Below, piece after piece: positions 8,642 through 16,925 of a stretch of DNA of 42,355 nt. Location of the stretch: contig JABIHA010000077.1 of the NCBI GenBank assembly GCA_018649885.1, positions 1-42,355 of the forward strand. The letters are read 5' to 3'. The notes under the pieces are model-generated. The model did not search any database, was not told where the DNA came from, and saw only the letters and a list, made by a program, of their open reading frames with translations. The stretch comes from Bacteriovoracaceae bacterium (GTDB lineage Bacteria; Bdellovibrionota; Bacteriovoracia; Bacteriovoracales; Bacteriovoracaceae). Position numbers and translations under genes: made by a program. The stretch's first letter is position 1; every line of letters begins with the position of its first letter.

Positions 8642-8770
8642 CGAAGCCCGACTCCCATCTGCTTTTCATAAGGAGTTTTGGACACTTCATCCGGCTCCCA
8701 TTATCATCTATAAAGTGCCTAAATTACGGATCTTTTCGGTTCTTGGCAAGGGCCGTGTAAGGAATATACA

Positions 8771-9958
8771 ATGACCAGTTCTGGACTCGAACAGCTCTTT
8801 TCTCAAAATAACCACAAGGCCCTGTTGAAGGGCGATCTGGCGCTTTTGTGCCATAGCGCTTCGGTGAATCGAAATTTGGAACTCGCCCCCACAATATTTT
8901 TGGAACACGGAACTGGCCTCAAAAAACTCTTTGGACCGCAGCACGGCCTGGTCTGTGACGTCCAAGACAATATGATTGAATCAGGCCACACCACTCACCC
9001 CTACTTCAACCTTCCGGTCTATAGTCTCTATTCCGAGACCAGAAGCCCCAGTGATGAGATGCTCCAGGGAATTGATACCCTCTTCATTGATCTCCAAGAT
9101 GTGGGCACCAGAATCTACACTTATATCTACACCATGACCCTTTGCCTTGAGGCCTGCGCCAAAAATAATGTCAAAGTCGTGGTACTCGATCGCCCCAACC
9201 CCATTGGCGGAATCCAAATTGAGGGCAATATTCTCGACTTGGGCTTTAGCTCCTTTGTGGGAAGGCACCCTCTGCCAGTGAGGCATGCCATGACCATGGG
9301 TGAGCTGGCCGTTTGGGCCAAAAGGTTTCTGGAACTAGATGTGGACCTAACAGTTGTGCCCATGGTGGGATGGAAGAGATCTATGTCTTTTGAAGATAGC
9401 GGCCTTCCCTGGGTCATGCCCTCTCCTAATCTTCCCACAGTAGAAGCGGCTTATCCCTTTGTGGGAACAGTGCTGTTTGAGGGAACTAATATTTCAGAGG
9501 GAAGAGGCACTACCAGAAGCCTTGAGATTGTGGGCCATCCGGGCATTGAGCCCTTCTCCTTTTTAAGAGATGTCTTAAATAAAAAGATTGCTGAATATAG
9601 GCTTGAAGGATTTGTACTAAGGCCTTGCTTGTTTTTACCAACATTTCAAAAGCACATGGGCAAAAGCTGTGGAGGTTACCAAATCCACGTCACTGATCGC
9701 CAAAAATTTAAGCCCTGGAGACTGTGCCAACTTCTGTGCCAGGCCTTTTACCATCATCTGGGTGATCAATTTGAGTGGAAATCTCCTCCCTATGAATATG
9801 AGTTCGACAAAATGCCCATCGATCTCATTAATGGCAATGATACTTTGAAGAGTTGGGTAGAAAATAACGGAGGCGTGGATCAGCTCGATCAAATTGAAAA
9901 CGAAGGGCAAGCCGACTTTATGAATGGTCGCGAAGACGCCCTGATCTATACAAGCTAA
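8771..9958 (+). CDS. namZ: Exo-beta-N-acetylmuramidase NamZ (DUF1343/YbbC family)
   Basis: LFGPQHG, PVYSLY, DLQDVGTRIYTY, VLDRPNPIGG, PSPNLP, EGTNISEGRGTT. Confidence 0.88.
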   Translation: MTSSGLEQLFSQNNHKALLKGDLALLCHSASVNRNLELAPTIFLEHGTGLKKLFGPQHGLVCDVQDNMIESGHTTHPYFNLPVYSLYSETRSPSDEMLQGIDTLFIDLQDVGTRIYTYIYTMTLCLEACAKNNVKVVVLDRPNPIGGIQIEGNILDLGFSSFVGRHPLPVRHAMTMGELAVWAKRFLELDVDLTVVPMVGWKRSMSFEDSGLPWVMPSPNLPTVEAAYPFVGTVLFEGTNISEGRGTTRSLEIVGHPGIEPFSFLRDVLNKKIAEYRLEGFVLRPCLFLPTFQKHMGKSCGGYQIHVTDRQKFKPWRLCQLLCQAFYHHLGDQFEWKSPPYEYEFDKMPIDLINGNDTLKSWVENNGGVDQLDQIENEGQADFMNGREDALIYTS

Positions 9959-9965
9959 AAAGGAT

Positions 9966-9994
9966 TTGAATTTAAGGCCTCGTCGCCTTACTCT
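9966..9994 (+). promoter_or_regulatory. sigma70 promoter, probably leaderless transcript
   Basis: TTGAAT-17-TACTCT ending 8 nt before the ATG at 10003. Confidence 0.5.
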
Positions 9995-10002
9995 TAATAG
10001 GT

Positions 10003-10557
10003 ATGAAATTATTAATTAAAATCCCAGGCAAAGATGATCAAGAAATTCAATTTCTTCAGAAAAAACTCTTTGTGGGAAGAAGTAGTAATTGCGACATCCA
10101 AATAGCCGAGCAAGGCATTAGTCGTAAGCACCTTCAAATAGAGCTCAAAGGTGGAAAGGTTTATGTCACCGACCTCGGCAGCTCAAATGGCACAGAGCTG
10201 GGTGAAACAAAATTAGATGCCAATAAAGAAGTAGAGTTCAATCAATTCTTTCCCATAAAAGTGGGAAAAGATGTTGAGATATCAGTGCTTCCAAGCGACA
10301 ACACGTTTGTGGGAGATGTCTTCTCCAACACAAGTACCGGCACCACCTCTGTAGATTTAGCAGCAGGGGAAGACCTAAAATCTGAAAAGTCCGATAAAAG
10401 AACCACCAAGGCCACTGGCAGAAGAAAGACAGATATTGGACCACCCAAAAAGAAAGGGCCATCGCCTGTGATAGTCGGCCTATTTTTAATTACTGCCGCC
10501 CTAGCTGCAGTCTACTTCCTAAAGCCTGAGCTTCTTGCCCCACTACTAAACAAGTAG
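10003..10557 (+). CDS. FHA-domain protein with C-terminal membrane anchor
   Basis: VGRSSNCDI, ISRKH, DLGSSNGT FHA motifs; hydrophobic C-terminal helix. Confidence 0.88.
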   Translation: MKLLIKIPGKDDQEIQFLQKKLFVGRSSNCDIQIAEQGISRKHLQIELKGGKVYVTDLGSSNGTELGETKLDANKEVEFNQFFPIKVGKDVEISVLPSDNTFVGDVFSNTSTGTTSVDLAAGEDLKSEKSDKRTTKATGRRKTDIGPPKKKGPSPVIVGLFLITAALAAVYFLKPELLAPLLNK

Positions 10558-10565
10558 AAACTCTT

Positions 10566-10594
10566 TTGCATCTTCCATTAATCTAGTCTAAATT
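10566..10594 (+). promoter_or_regulatory. sigma70 promoter of the liv operon
   Basis: TTGCAT-17-TAAATT upstream of GGAGG RBS. Confidence 0.5.
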
Positions 10595-10641
10595 AGTAAG
10601 GCTTTTATTAACTAAATTTATATCCGCAGTGGAGGTTTACC

Positions 10642-11769
10642 TTGAAAGTTACTATTCAATTGGTACTGGCGCTTTTGATCAGTGTGCTCAGCTTTTCAGT
10701 ACAAGCAAAAATCAAAGAAGTTAAAGTGGGCGCAGTCTTTCCACTTACAGGTCCCATTGCTACCTATGGACAAGAAAGTGTTAACGGCATGAAGCTTGCC
10801 CTAAAACAACTAGAATTAGATCCTAAAACAAAGGGCCTTATTAGCCTTTTGGTTGAAGATAACAAAGGTGATCCCATTGATTCTGCTAACGCTGTTAGAA
10901 AATTGATTGATGTCGATAAAGTTCGTGTAGTTCTCGGATCTGTGGCCTCAAGTAATACTCTTGCAGGTGCGCCAATTGCTCAAAAAGCAAAGGTTCCTCT
11001 ACTAACTCCAGCTTCAACCGCAGAAGCCGTTACCCTTACTGGAAAATTTGTTAGCCGAATTTGTTTTACCGATAATTTTCAAGGTGAAGTAATGGCCAAA
11101 TTTGCTAGAGAAACTCTGAAAGCAAAAACAGCACTTGTGATCATTGATAATTCTTCTGACTACTCAAAAGGACTTGAAAAAGTTTTCAAAAGAGTTTTCA
11201 AAAAATTGGGTGGTCAAGTAGTTGATCAAAGTTTTGCCTACCAACAAAAAGATACAGACTTCAGAACTCTTCTTAAAAGGGCCAAAAGAAGAAGACCAGA
11301 TGTGATTTTTCTTCCTGGCTACTATACAGAAGCAGGTCTTATTCTTCGCCAAGCAAAACAAATGGGACTCAATGTTCCTTTTCTTGGAGGAGACGGCTGG
11401 GACTCTCCAAAGCTATTTGAGCTTGCAGGGAAAGCGGCAGCAGGAAATTATATCTCATCTCACTTTGCTCCTGACGACACAGATCCAATGGTTCAAAACT
11501 TTGTTAAAGATTATAAGTCCACTTATGACTCAAGACCTGGTGCTATGGCGGCCCTTGGCTATGATGCCATCCTAGTTCTTGCGGATGCTATTGCCAGATC
11601 CAAGACAGATACTCCAAAGGCGCTAAGTAGGGCCATCAATACCACCAAAGACTTCACAGGCGTTACAGGAAACATTACTCTCGATAAGAATCGAAATGCA
11701 GTCAAGTCGGCGGTTGTTTTAAGAACCACTGAAAAAAGCTTTGTTTTCAAATCAAAAGTTAATCCGTAG
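10642..11769 (+). CDS. livK: Branched-chain amino acid ABC transporter substrate-binding protein
   Basis: Signal peptide; KVGAVFPLTG, GG.GWDSP, ALGYDA, FTGVTGNI; TTG start with GGAGG. livK vs livJ cannot be resolved. Confidence 0.9.
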   Translation: MKVTIQLVLALLISVLSFSVQAKIKEVKVGAVFPLTGPIATYGQESVNGMKLALKQLELDPKTKGLISLLVEDNKGDPIDSANAVRKLIDVDKVRVVLGSVASSNTLAGAPIAQKAKVPLLTPASTAEAVTLTGKFVSRICFTDNFQGEVMAKFARETLKAKTALVIIDNSSDYSKGLEKVFKRVFKKLGGQVVDQSFAYQQKDTDFRTLLKRAKRRRPDVIFLPGYYTEAGLILRQAKQMGLNVPFLGGDGWDSPKLFELAGKAAAGNYISSHFAPDDTDPMVQNFVKDYKSTYDSRPGAMAALGYDAILVLADAIARSKTDTPKALSRAINTTKDFTGVTGNITLDKNRNAVKSAVVLRTTEKSFVFKSKVNP

Positions 11770-11798
11770 AATAGATCTCAATTAGCAATAATTTCATT

Positions 11799-11824
11799 AG
11801 GCCCTGAAGAAATTCAGGGCCTTT
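11799..11824 (+). terminator. Intra-operon stem-loop after the binding-protein gene
   Basis: AGGCCCTGAA-GAAA-TTCAGGGCCT: 10-bp stem, GNRA loop, weak U-tail. Confidence 0.7.
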
Positions 11825-11836
11825 ACTTGGATCTCG

Positions 11837-12739
11837 ATGAATGAAGAAATGATGTTTATGCTTTACGATACCGCCCAGTTTCTCATAAACGGGCTGGTTC
11901 AAGGCAGTATCTACGCTCTAGTGGCCCTGGGCTACACTATGGTCTACGGGATTATCAAACTGATCAATTTCGCCCATGGTGAGTTCTACATGATTGGGGC
12001 CTTCATCGGCTATTTTACCATCACCTATTTTCATTTTCCGCTAATATTGGCACTACCAGTTGCCATGTTACTTTCAGGCTTTGCGGCCGTCATAGTAGAA
12101 AAATTGGTTTACAAACCTATCCGCCATGCGGGAAGAGTTGCCGCGCTCATTACTGCCTTAGGTGTTTCTCTATTTTTTCAATATGCAGGCCAAAATATCT
12201 TAGGCGCTGATCCCAAGGCATTCCCTCAAGCGATGCCCGAGCTGACCTTTGAGTTTGGAGAAGTTTACATTACCACCACTCAAATAATGATTATGGTTTC
12301 AACTTTCGTCTTGATGGTTCTTCTTTGGTGGCTAGTGGGCCATACCAAAATAGGCAAGGCGATGAGGGCCACAAGCTTTAATAAAGATGCGGCTGCCCTA
12401 ATGGGAATTAACACTGATCGCATAATCTCGTTTACCTTTTTTGTTGGAGCAATGCTCGCAGGCGCCGCTGGTGTGCTGGTGGGAATGTACTACAACACAG
12501 TTGAGCCCATGATGGGATTAATCCCAGGACTTAAGGCCTTTGTTGCAGCTGTGCTAGGTGGAATAGGTAGTATTCCGGGCGCCGTTATTGGAGGCCTAGT
12601 TTTAGGTGTAGTAGAAAACCTTGTAGTGGGTTTTTGGGAATCAACTTATAGGGACGCAGTATCATTTAGTATATTAATTTTTATTTTACTAGTTAAGCCA
12701 GCAGGCCTTCTAGGTAAGAATATCAGGGAGAAGGTGTAA
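11837..12739 (+). CDS. livH: Branched-chain amino acid ABC permease
   Basis: GSIYALVALGYTMVYGIIKLINFAHG; LKAFVAAVLGGIGSIPG. Confidence 0.95.
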   Translation: MNEEMMFMLYDTAQFLINGLVQGSIYALVALGYTMVYGIIKLINFAHGEFYMIGAFIGYFTITYFHFPLILALPVAMLLSGFAAVIVEKLVYKPIRHAGRVAALITALGVSLFFQYAGQNILGADPKAFPQAMPELTFEFGEVYITTTQIMIMVSTFVLMVLLWWLVGHTKIGKAMRATSFNKDAAALMGINTDRIISFTFFVGAMLAGAAGVLVGMYYNTVEPMMGLIPGLKAFVAAVLGGIGSIPGAVIGGLVLGVVENLVVGFWESTYRDAVSFSILIFILLVKPAGLLGKNIREKV

Positions 12740-13626
12740 TGGATTATGTTGCCCATCTAACCCTCAATGCAGGTACATTTATTATTTTGGCCGTAAGCCT
12801 TCATCTAATTAATGGCGCTTGTGGACAATTTTCTCTAGGTCACGCAGGATTTTGGGCCGTAGGTGCTTACGCTGGAGCGGCTTTTTCAGTTTACGCTCCT
12901 CTACCTGTGCCAGATTTTGTAAATCTATTTATCTCTTGCGGTATTGGTTTTGTGGCAGCTGCCATTGCCGGTATTATTATAGGTGTCCCCTGTCTCAGAC
13001 TTCGAGGAGATTACCTGGCCATTGCCACCCTCGGCTTTGGAGAGATTATCCGAATATTAATCATCAATATGGATAGCATCGGAGGCCCTAGAGGATTCAC
13101 TAATATTCCCAACTGGTCTAATCTCTTTTGGGTTTATCTATGGGTTGTTATCACAATCGTTGTTGTCACCAATATATTAAAATCCTCAACAGGTAGAGCA
13201 ATCATTTCTATCAGAGAAGATGAAATAGCTGCTGAGAGCATGGGAATTAATACTTTTGTCTACAAAACCATGGCCTTTGTTATAGGAGCCGGATTTGCTG
13301 GAGTTGCGGGCTCACTATTTGGTCATGCCCAACAATTTCTTCACCCCAATAATTTTACTTTTATGTGGTCGGTAATCATTCTTCTTATGATTATTCTGGG
13401 AGGCCTTGGCTCTACTACAGGTGCCATTGTTGGAGCAGTGGTTTTAACTGCGCTTCCCGAAGTACTAAGATTTTTTGGCGATACAGTTTCTGAGTGGAGA
13501 ATGGTTATTTATTCTCTGATTTTGATACTTCTGATGCTCTTAAGACCTGAGGGAATTTTCGGTAAAAAAGAATTTTCACTTTCGTGGTTTAGGGCCCGTA
13601 AGTTAACACCAAGTGGGGACAAATAG
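12739..13626 (+). CDS. livM: Branched-chain amino acid ABC permease
   Basis: GQFSLGHAGF, LRLRGDYLAIATLGFGEI, IREDEIAA. Confidence 0.95.
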   Translation: MDYVAHLTLNAGTFIILAVSLHLINGACGQFSLGHAGFWAVGAYAGAAFSVYAPLPVPDFVNLFISCGIGFVAAAIAGIIIGVPCLRLRGDYLAIATLGFGEIIRILIINMDSIGGPRGFTNIPNWSNLFWVYLWVVITIVVVTNILKSSTGRAIISIREDEIAAESMGINTFVYKTMAFVIGAGFAGVAGSLFGHAQQFLHPNNFTFMWSVIILLMIILGGLGSTTGAIVGAVVLTALPEVLRFFGDTVSEWRMVIYSLILILLMLLRPEGIFGKKEFSLSWFRARKLTPSGDK

Positions 13627-14408
13627 TGAGTGAAGAGACAATTCTTTCTACAAAAAATTTGACCATGCGCTTTGGTGGGCTTGTCGCCGTTGATAATTTT
13701 AACCTGAAGTTAGGTCCTACTGACTTAGTGGGAGTGATTGGTCCCAACGGTGCCGGAAAAACCACTATTTTTAATATGATCACTGGTGTCTATCAACCTA
13801 CTGAAGGGGACGTAAACCTTGATCAAAAATCTATTGTGGGAATAAGGGCCGCGGGAATTACTCAAAAAGGAATTGCTAGAACCTTTCAAAACATCAGGCT
13901 CTTTAAAGATCTCACCGTCATCGACAATATTAAAATTGCCTGCCACTTTCGGGTACAATACGGCCTGTTTGGCGCCATTTTTAGAACTCCTAAAATGAAA
14001 GCTGAAGAAAAAAGAATTCACAAAGAGGCGATGGAGCTTTTAAAAATCTTTAAACTAGAACATAAATTTTTTCACCTCGCAAAAAACCTCCCCTATGGAG
14101 AGCAAAGAAGACTAGAAATTGCCAGAGCACTGGCCACCAAACCTAAGGTTCTTCTGCTCGATGAGCCAGCGGCGGGTATGAATCCTCAAGAAACAAAAGA
14201 TCTGACATCTTTGATCAGATGGATTCGTGACGAATTTAAAATCGCCATCTTACTTATTGAACACGATATGAAGCTTGTGATGAATGTGTGCGAGAGACTC
14301 TATGTGCTCGACTACGGTGTCACCATAGCTGAAGGCCTGCCCTCAGATATTCAAGATAACCCCAAGGTAATCGAAGCTTACCTCGGAACAGATGAGGAGC
14401 TAACGTGA
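13626..14408 (+). CDS. livG: Branched-chain amino acid ABC ATPase
   Basis: GPNGAGKTT, RTFQNIRLF, LPYGEQRRLEIARAL, LLDEPAAG. Confidence 0.95.
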   Translation: MSEETILSTKNLTMRFGGLVAVDNFNLKLGPTDLVGVIGPNGAGKTTIFNMITGVYQPTEGDVNLDQKSIVGIRAAGITQKGIARTFQNIRLFKDLTVIDNIKIACHFRVQYGLFGAIFRTPKMKAEEKRIHKEAMELLKIFKLEHKFFHLAKNLPYGEQRRLEIARALATKPKVLLLDEPAAGMNPQETKDLTSLIRWIRDEFKIAILLIEHDMKLVMNVCERLYVLDYGVTIAEGLPSDIQDNPKVIEAYLGTDEELT

Positions 14409-15124
14409 GCGAAACCCTACTATCAACAAAAGATTTAAACGTTCACTACGGGGCCATCCACGCCATAAAAGGCATTGATATTGAAGTCCACAAAGGTGAA
14501 ATTGTCACTATCCTGGGCTGTAATGGTGCTGGAAAAAGCACAACCCTTAGAACCATTTCAGGACTCATTAGACCCTCATCTGGAAGCATAACTTACAAAG
14601 ATCAAAATATAGAAAAAACCCCTCCCCATGACATCGTTGCCATGGGACTAGCACAATCGCCTGAGGGACGACTCGTCTTTCCAGATCTAACTGTGATGGA
14701 AAACCTTGAGATGGGTGCCTTTCTAAGAAAAGACAAACCTGAGATCAAAAGAGATCTTGAGTTCGTCTACGGACTGTTTCCCAAGATGAAAGACCGTTCC
14801 AAGCAACTGGCCGGAACTCTCTCAGGCGGAGAACAACAAATGCTGGCAATCGGAAGAGCTCTGATGTCTGCCCCCGATCTTTTACTACTAGATGAGCCCT
14901 CTCTAGGAATTGCCCCGATTTTAGTCCAGGCCATTTTCAAGGCCATTGTTGAAGTCAATAAAACTCAGGGAAAAACCATACTACTGGTAGAACAAAATGC
15001 TTTTGCGGCCCTAAAGATTGCCGATCGTGGTTACGTACTTGAAACAGGTATGGTCACCATAACCGGAACCGGTCATGACCTTCTCAGTAATGAAGAAGTT
15101 AAAAACGCCTACCTCGGCCACTAA
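14405..15124 (+). CDS. livF: Branched-chain amino acid ABC ATPase
   Basis: GCNGAGKST, LSGGEQQMLAIGRALM, LLDEPSLG. Confidence 0.95.
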   Translation: MSETLLSTKDLNVHYGAIHAIKGIDIEVHKGEIVTILGCNGAGKSTTLRTISGLIRPSSGSITYKDQNIEKTPPHDIVAMGLAQSPEGRLVFPDLTVMENLEMGAFLRKDKPEIKRDLEFVYGLFPKMKDRSKQLAGTLSGGEQQMLAIGRALMSAPDLLLLDEPSLGIAPILVQAIFKAIVEVNKTQGKTILLVEQNAFAALKIADRGYVLETGMVTITGTGHDLLSNEEVKNAYLGH

Positions 15125-15789
15125 ATAGGTCTACGTCCATAAGGTACTATAGGGCCAGGAAGCATCAAAGGTTTCCCATTTTTACTGGCTTTTCTCCAGT
15201 AAGTTATCTCGGGCTCACCTTCAATATAATGAGGCATGCCATTTGGCCGCTTAATATAATTAACTTTGATTTCTTTTAGTACAAGACCCTTGTCCTCTAC
15301 CAAATCCCAATCAAGCCCCGTGGCTCCTTTTTGTTCCAATAAAAAATCATATCTTTTATATGAATTTATCGTCCCATTTAAACTTAGGACATGGTTAAAC
15401 TCAGCCGGTATATCAATTGCTAAAGGCCACCTAGATTCTGTTTCATATGTGCTTTGAAGTTTCACAAGCTCAATCCCTAGAACAGGAATTGTTAAGCTAA
15501 AACCTTCAAACAACTGCTCAGTTGAAAACTTGTAATACATAAATTCTTTTTCACTATTACCAAAAGGGTTTGTATACTCAACACAAAACTCATCTGGTAG
15601 ATCAGTATCAAAGTTTGGGTTCATATAAATAGAGGCCTTAAAGTCTGTAAATTTAATGGATTTTCCTGCAATATTTTTATCTAGATCAATATTGGTTTGA
15701 ATTTTTAGGATTTTTCGCCCAAAGCAGTGCTCATTTGAGTAAGCATTCAAAAAAAATGTTAATGAAATGAAAAAGATAAAGATTTTCAT
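15121..15789 (-). CDS. Secreted hypothetical protein
   Basis: Probable start MKIFIFFISLTFFLNAYS at 15789 (signal peptide); the longer ORF-track start overlaps the upstream gene. Confidence 0.65.
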   Translation of the reverse strand: MKIFIFFISLTFFLNAYSNEHCFGRKILKIQTNIDLDKNIAGKSIKFTDFKASIYMNPNFDTDLPDEFCVEYTNPFGNSEKEFMYYKFSTEQLFEGFSLTIPVLGIELVKLQSTYETESRWPLAIDIPAEFNHVLSLNGTINSYKRYDFLLEQKGATGLDWDLVEDKGLVLKEIKVNYIKRPNGMPHYIEGEPEITYWRKASKNGKPLMLPGPIVPYGRRPI

Positions 15790-15802
15790 TGGAGCCTTTT
15801 CA

Positions 15803-16777
15803 TTAAATAGATTGATATATTGTATAAGAGTACTCAATGGAGCCAGTCGAAAAGCCCTCCTTAAAACTTTCCTCATCTACTGCTTGATCTAATCTAGAGG
15901 TGGCCCAGAGTGTGGCCACATAATCAAGGTAGACGTCTCCTACTGCCAGAAAGTAGACAAGTTGATCCATATCCCACACATTTTTAATATGGGAAGTAAA
16001 ATAAATTTCTAATTGAGGTTCAGCTACCACCATGTGCTCTTCATATGTATAAGACAAGAGATAGGGTAAGAAAGCTGCGTGAAAGCCTGAGATATACTGA
16101 TTCAGCTTATAAGTAAGATAGGCAGTAGTATAGAAATGATAAAAGCGTGGATTACCAGTTTGATAATTCATGATTTCTTTTGGATAAAATTCAACATAGG
16201 CAGAGGTTGTTTTGTCAGTTAAAAAATATATCGCCTGCCGAAGCTCATTTATCATTCTGAAGTTTTGGGTGCCTATTTGTTTTAAATACCTAACGTGATG
16301 AGGATCCAGTAGCTTAAGGGCATCTTCTCCCCACATATGGCCAAATAATACAGCTAACCATTTCAAGGCCTTGCCTTTTTCTCCTCCAGCGATTGATAAA
16401 GTATAATCCCAAAGATTAAGTGTTTCTTTATTACTTGCAAGAGTTCTTAATTTTTGTTGAAGTCCTTTAAGATATGTAACGGCTTCATCAGAGGAATTGA
16501 GCTCAATTAAATCACTCGTAAAGTGGACTTTTGTTGAACTAGTCCAGGCCATTCCTCTAGTATCTAATTCTTCTGCCAAATGGATTGCAGTAAGTGCGCA
16601 AAAGCTTCCGCCTCTTTCTTTTGCGATGATTTTACATCTTCTAGTAAGCACCTCTGAAATGGCCCGCTTAGCAGTGGTATCATCATACCCTTCTGCATAT
16701 GATCCAGTGTAGCTTTGCTCAAATCCATAAGAAAGAGAGATCAGTGAAAGAAAGGAAAGTAGTATTTTTAACATCAT
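15803..16777 (-). CDS. Secreted hypothetical protein
   Basis: Signal peptide; helical, aromatic-rich; no recognised family. Confidence 0.7.
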   Translation of the reverse strand: MMLKILLSFLSLISLSYGFEQSYTGSYAEGYDDTTAKRAISEVLTRRCKIIAKERGGSFCALTAIHLAEELDTRGMAWTSSTKVHFTSDLIELNSSDEAVTYLKGLQQKLRTLASNKETLNLWDYTLSIAGGEKGKALKWLAVLFGHMWGEDALKLLDPHHVRYLKQIGTQNFRMINELRQAIYFLTDKTTSAYVEFYPKEIMNYQTGNPRFYHFYTTAYLTYKLNQYISGFHAAFLPYLLSYTYEEHMVVAEPQLEIYFTSHIKNVWDMDQLVYFLAVGDVYLDYVATLWATSRLDQAVDEESFKEGFSTGSIEYSYTIYQSI

Positions 16778-16861
16778 GATTTTATTTTATCACTATAAAT
16801 TAGTGAGCACTTATGTACTAAAAAAAATACATAAAATTCAAAGAACCTAATCACCAATTGG

Positions 16862-16878
16862 TGTCTAAAATTTAGACA
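16862..16878. promoter_or_regulatory. Perfect 17-bp palindrome, putative transcription factor/enhancer site
   Basis: TGTCTAAA-A-TTTAGACA. Confidence 0.6.
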
Positions 16879-16925
16879 AAACGAGCAAATGATGTAATTT
16901 CTCTATAGATGATTTTGAATTTTTC

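Noticed and set aside
8648..8700. Imperfect direct repeat TGGGAG(C/T)CGG on the minus strand, considered as riboswitch or operator
   Set aside because: Only two 10-bp copies, one overlapping the RBS; no recognisable riboswitch consensus.
16806..16822. sigma54-like TAGTACATAAGTGCT upstream of the 324-aa gene
   Set aside because: Lacks GG and the spacing is 9 rather than the strict 10.
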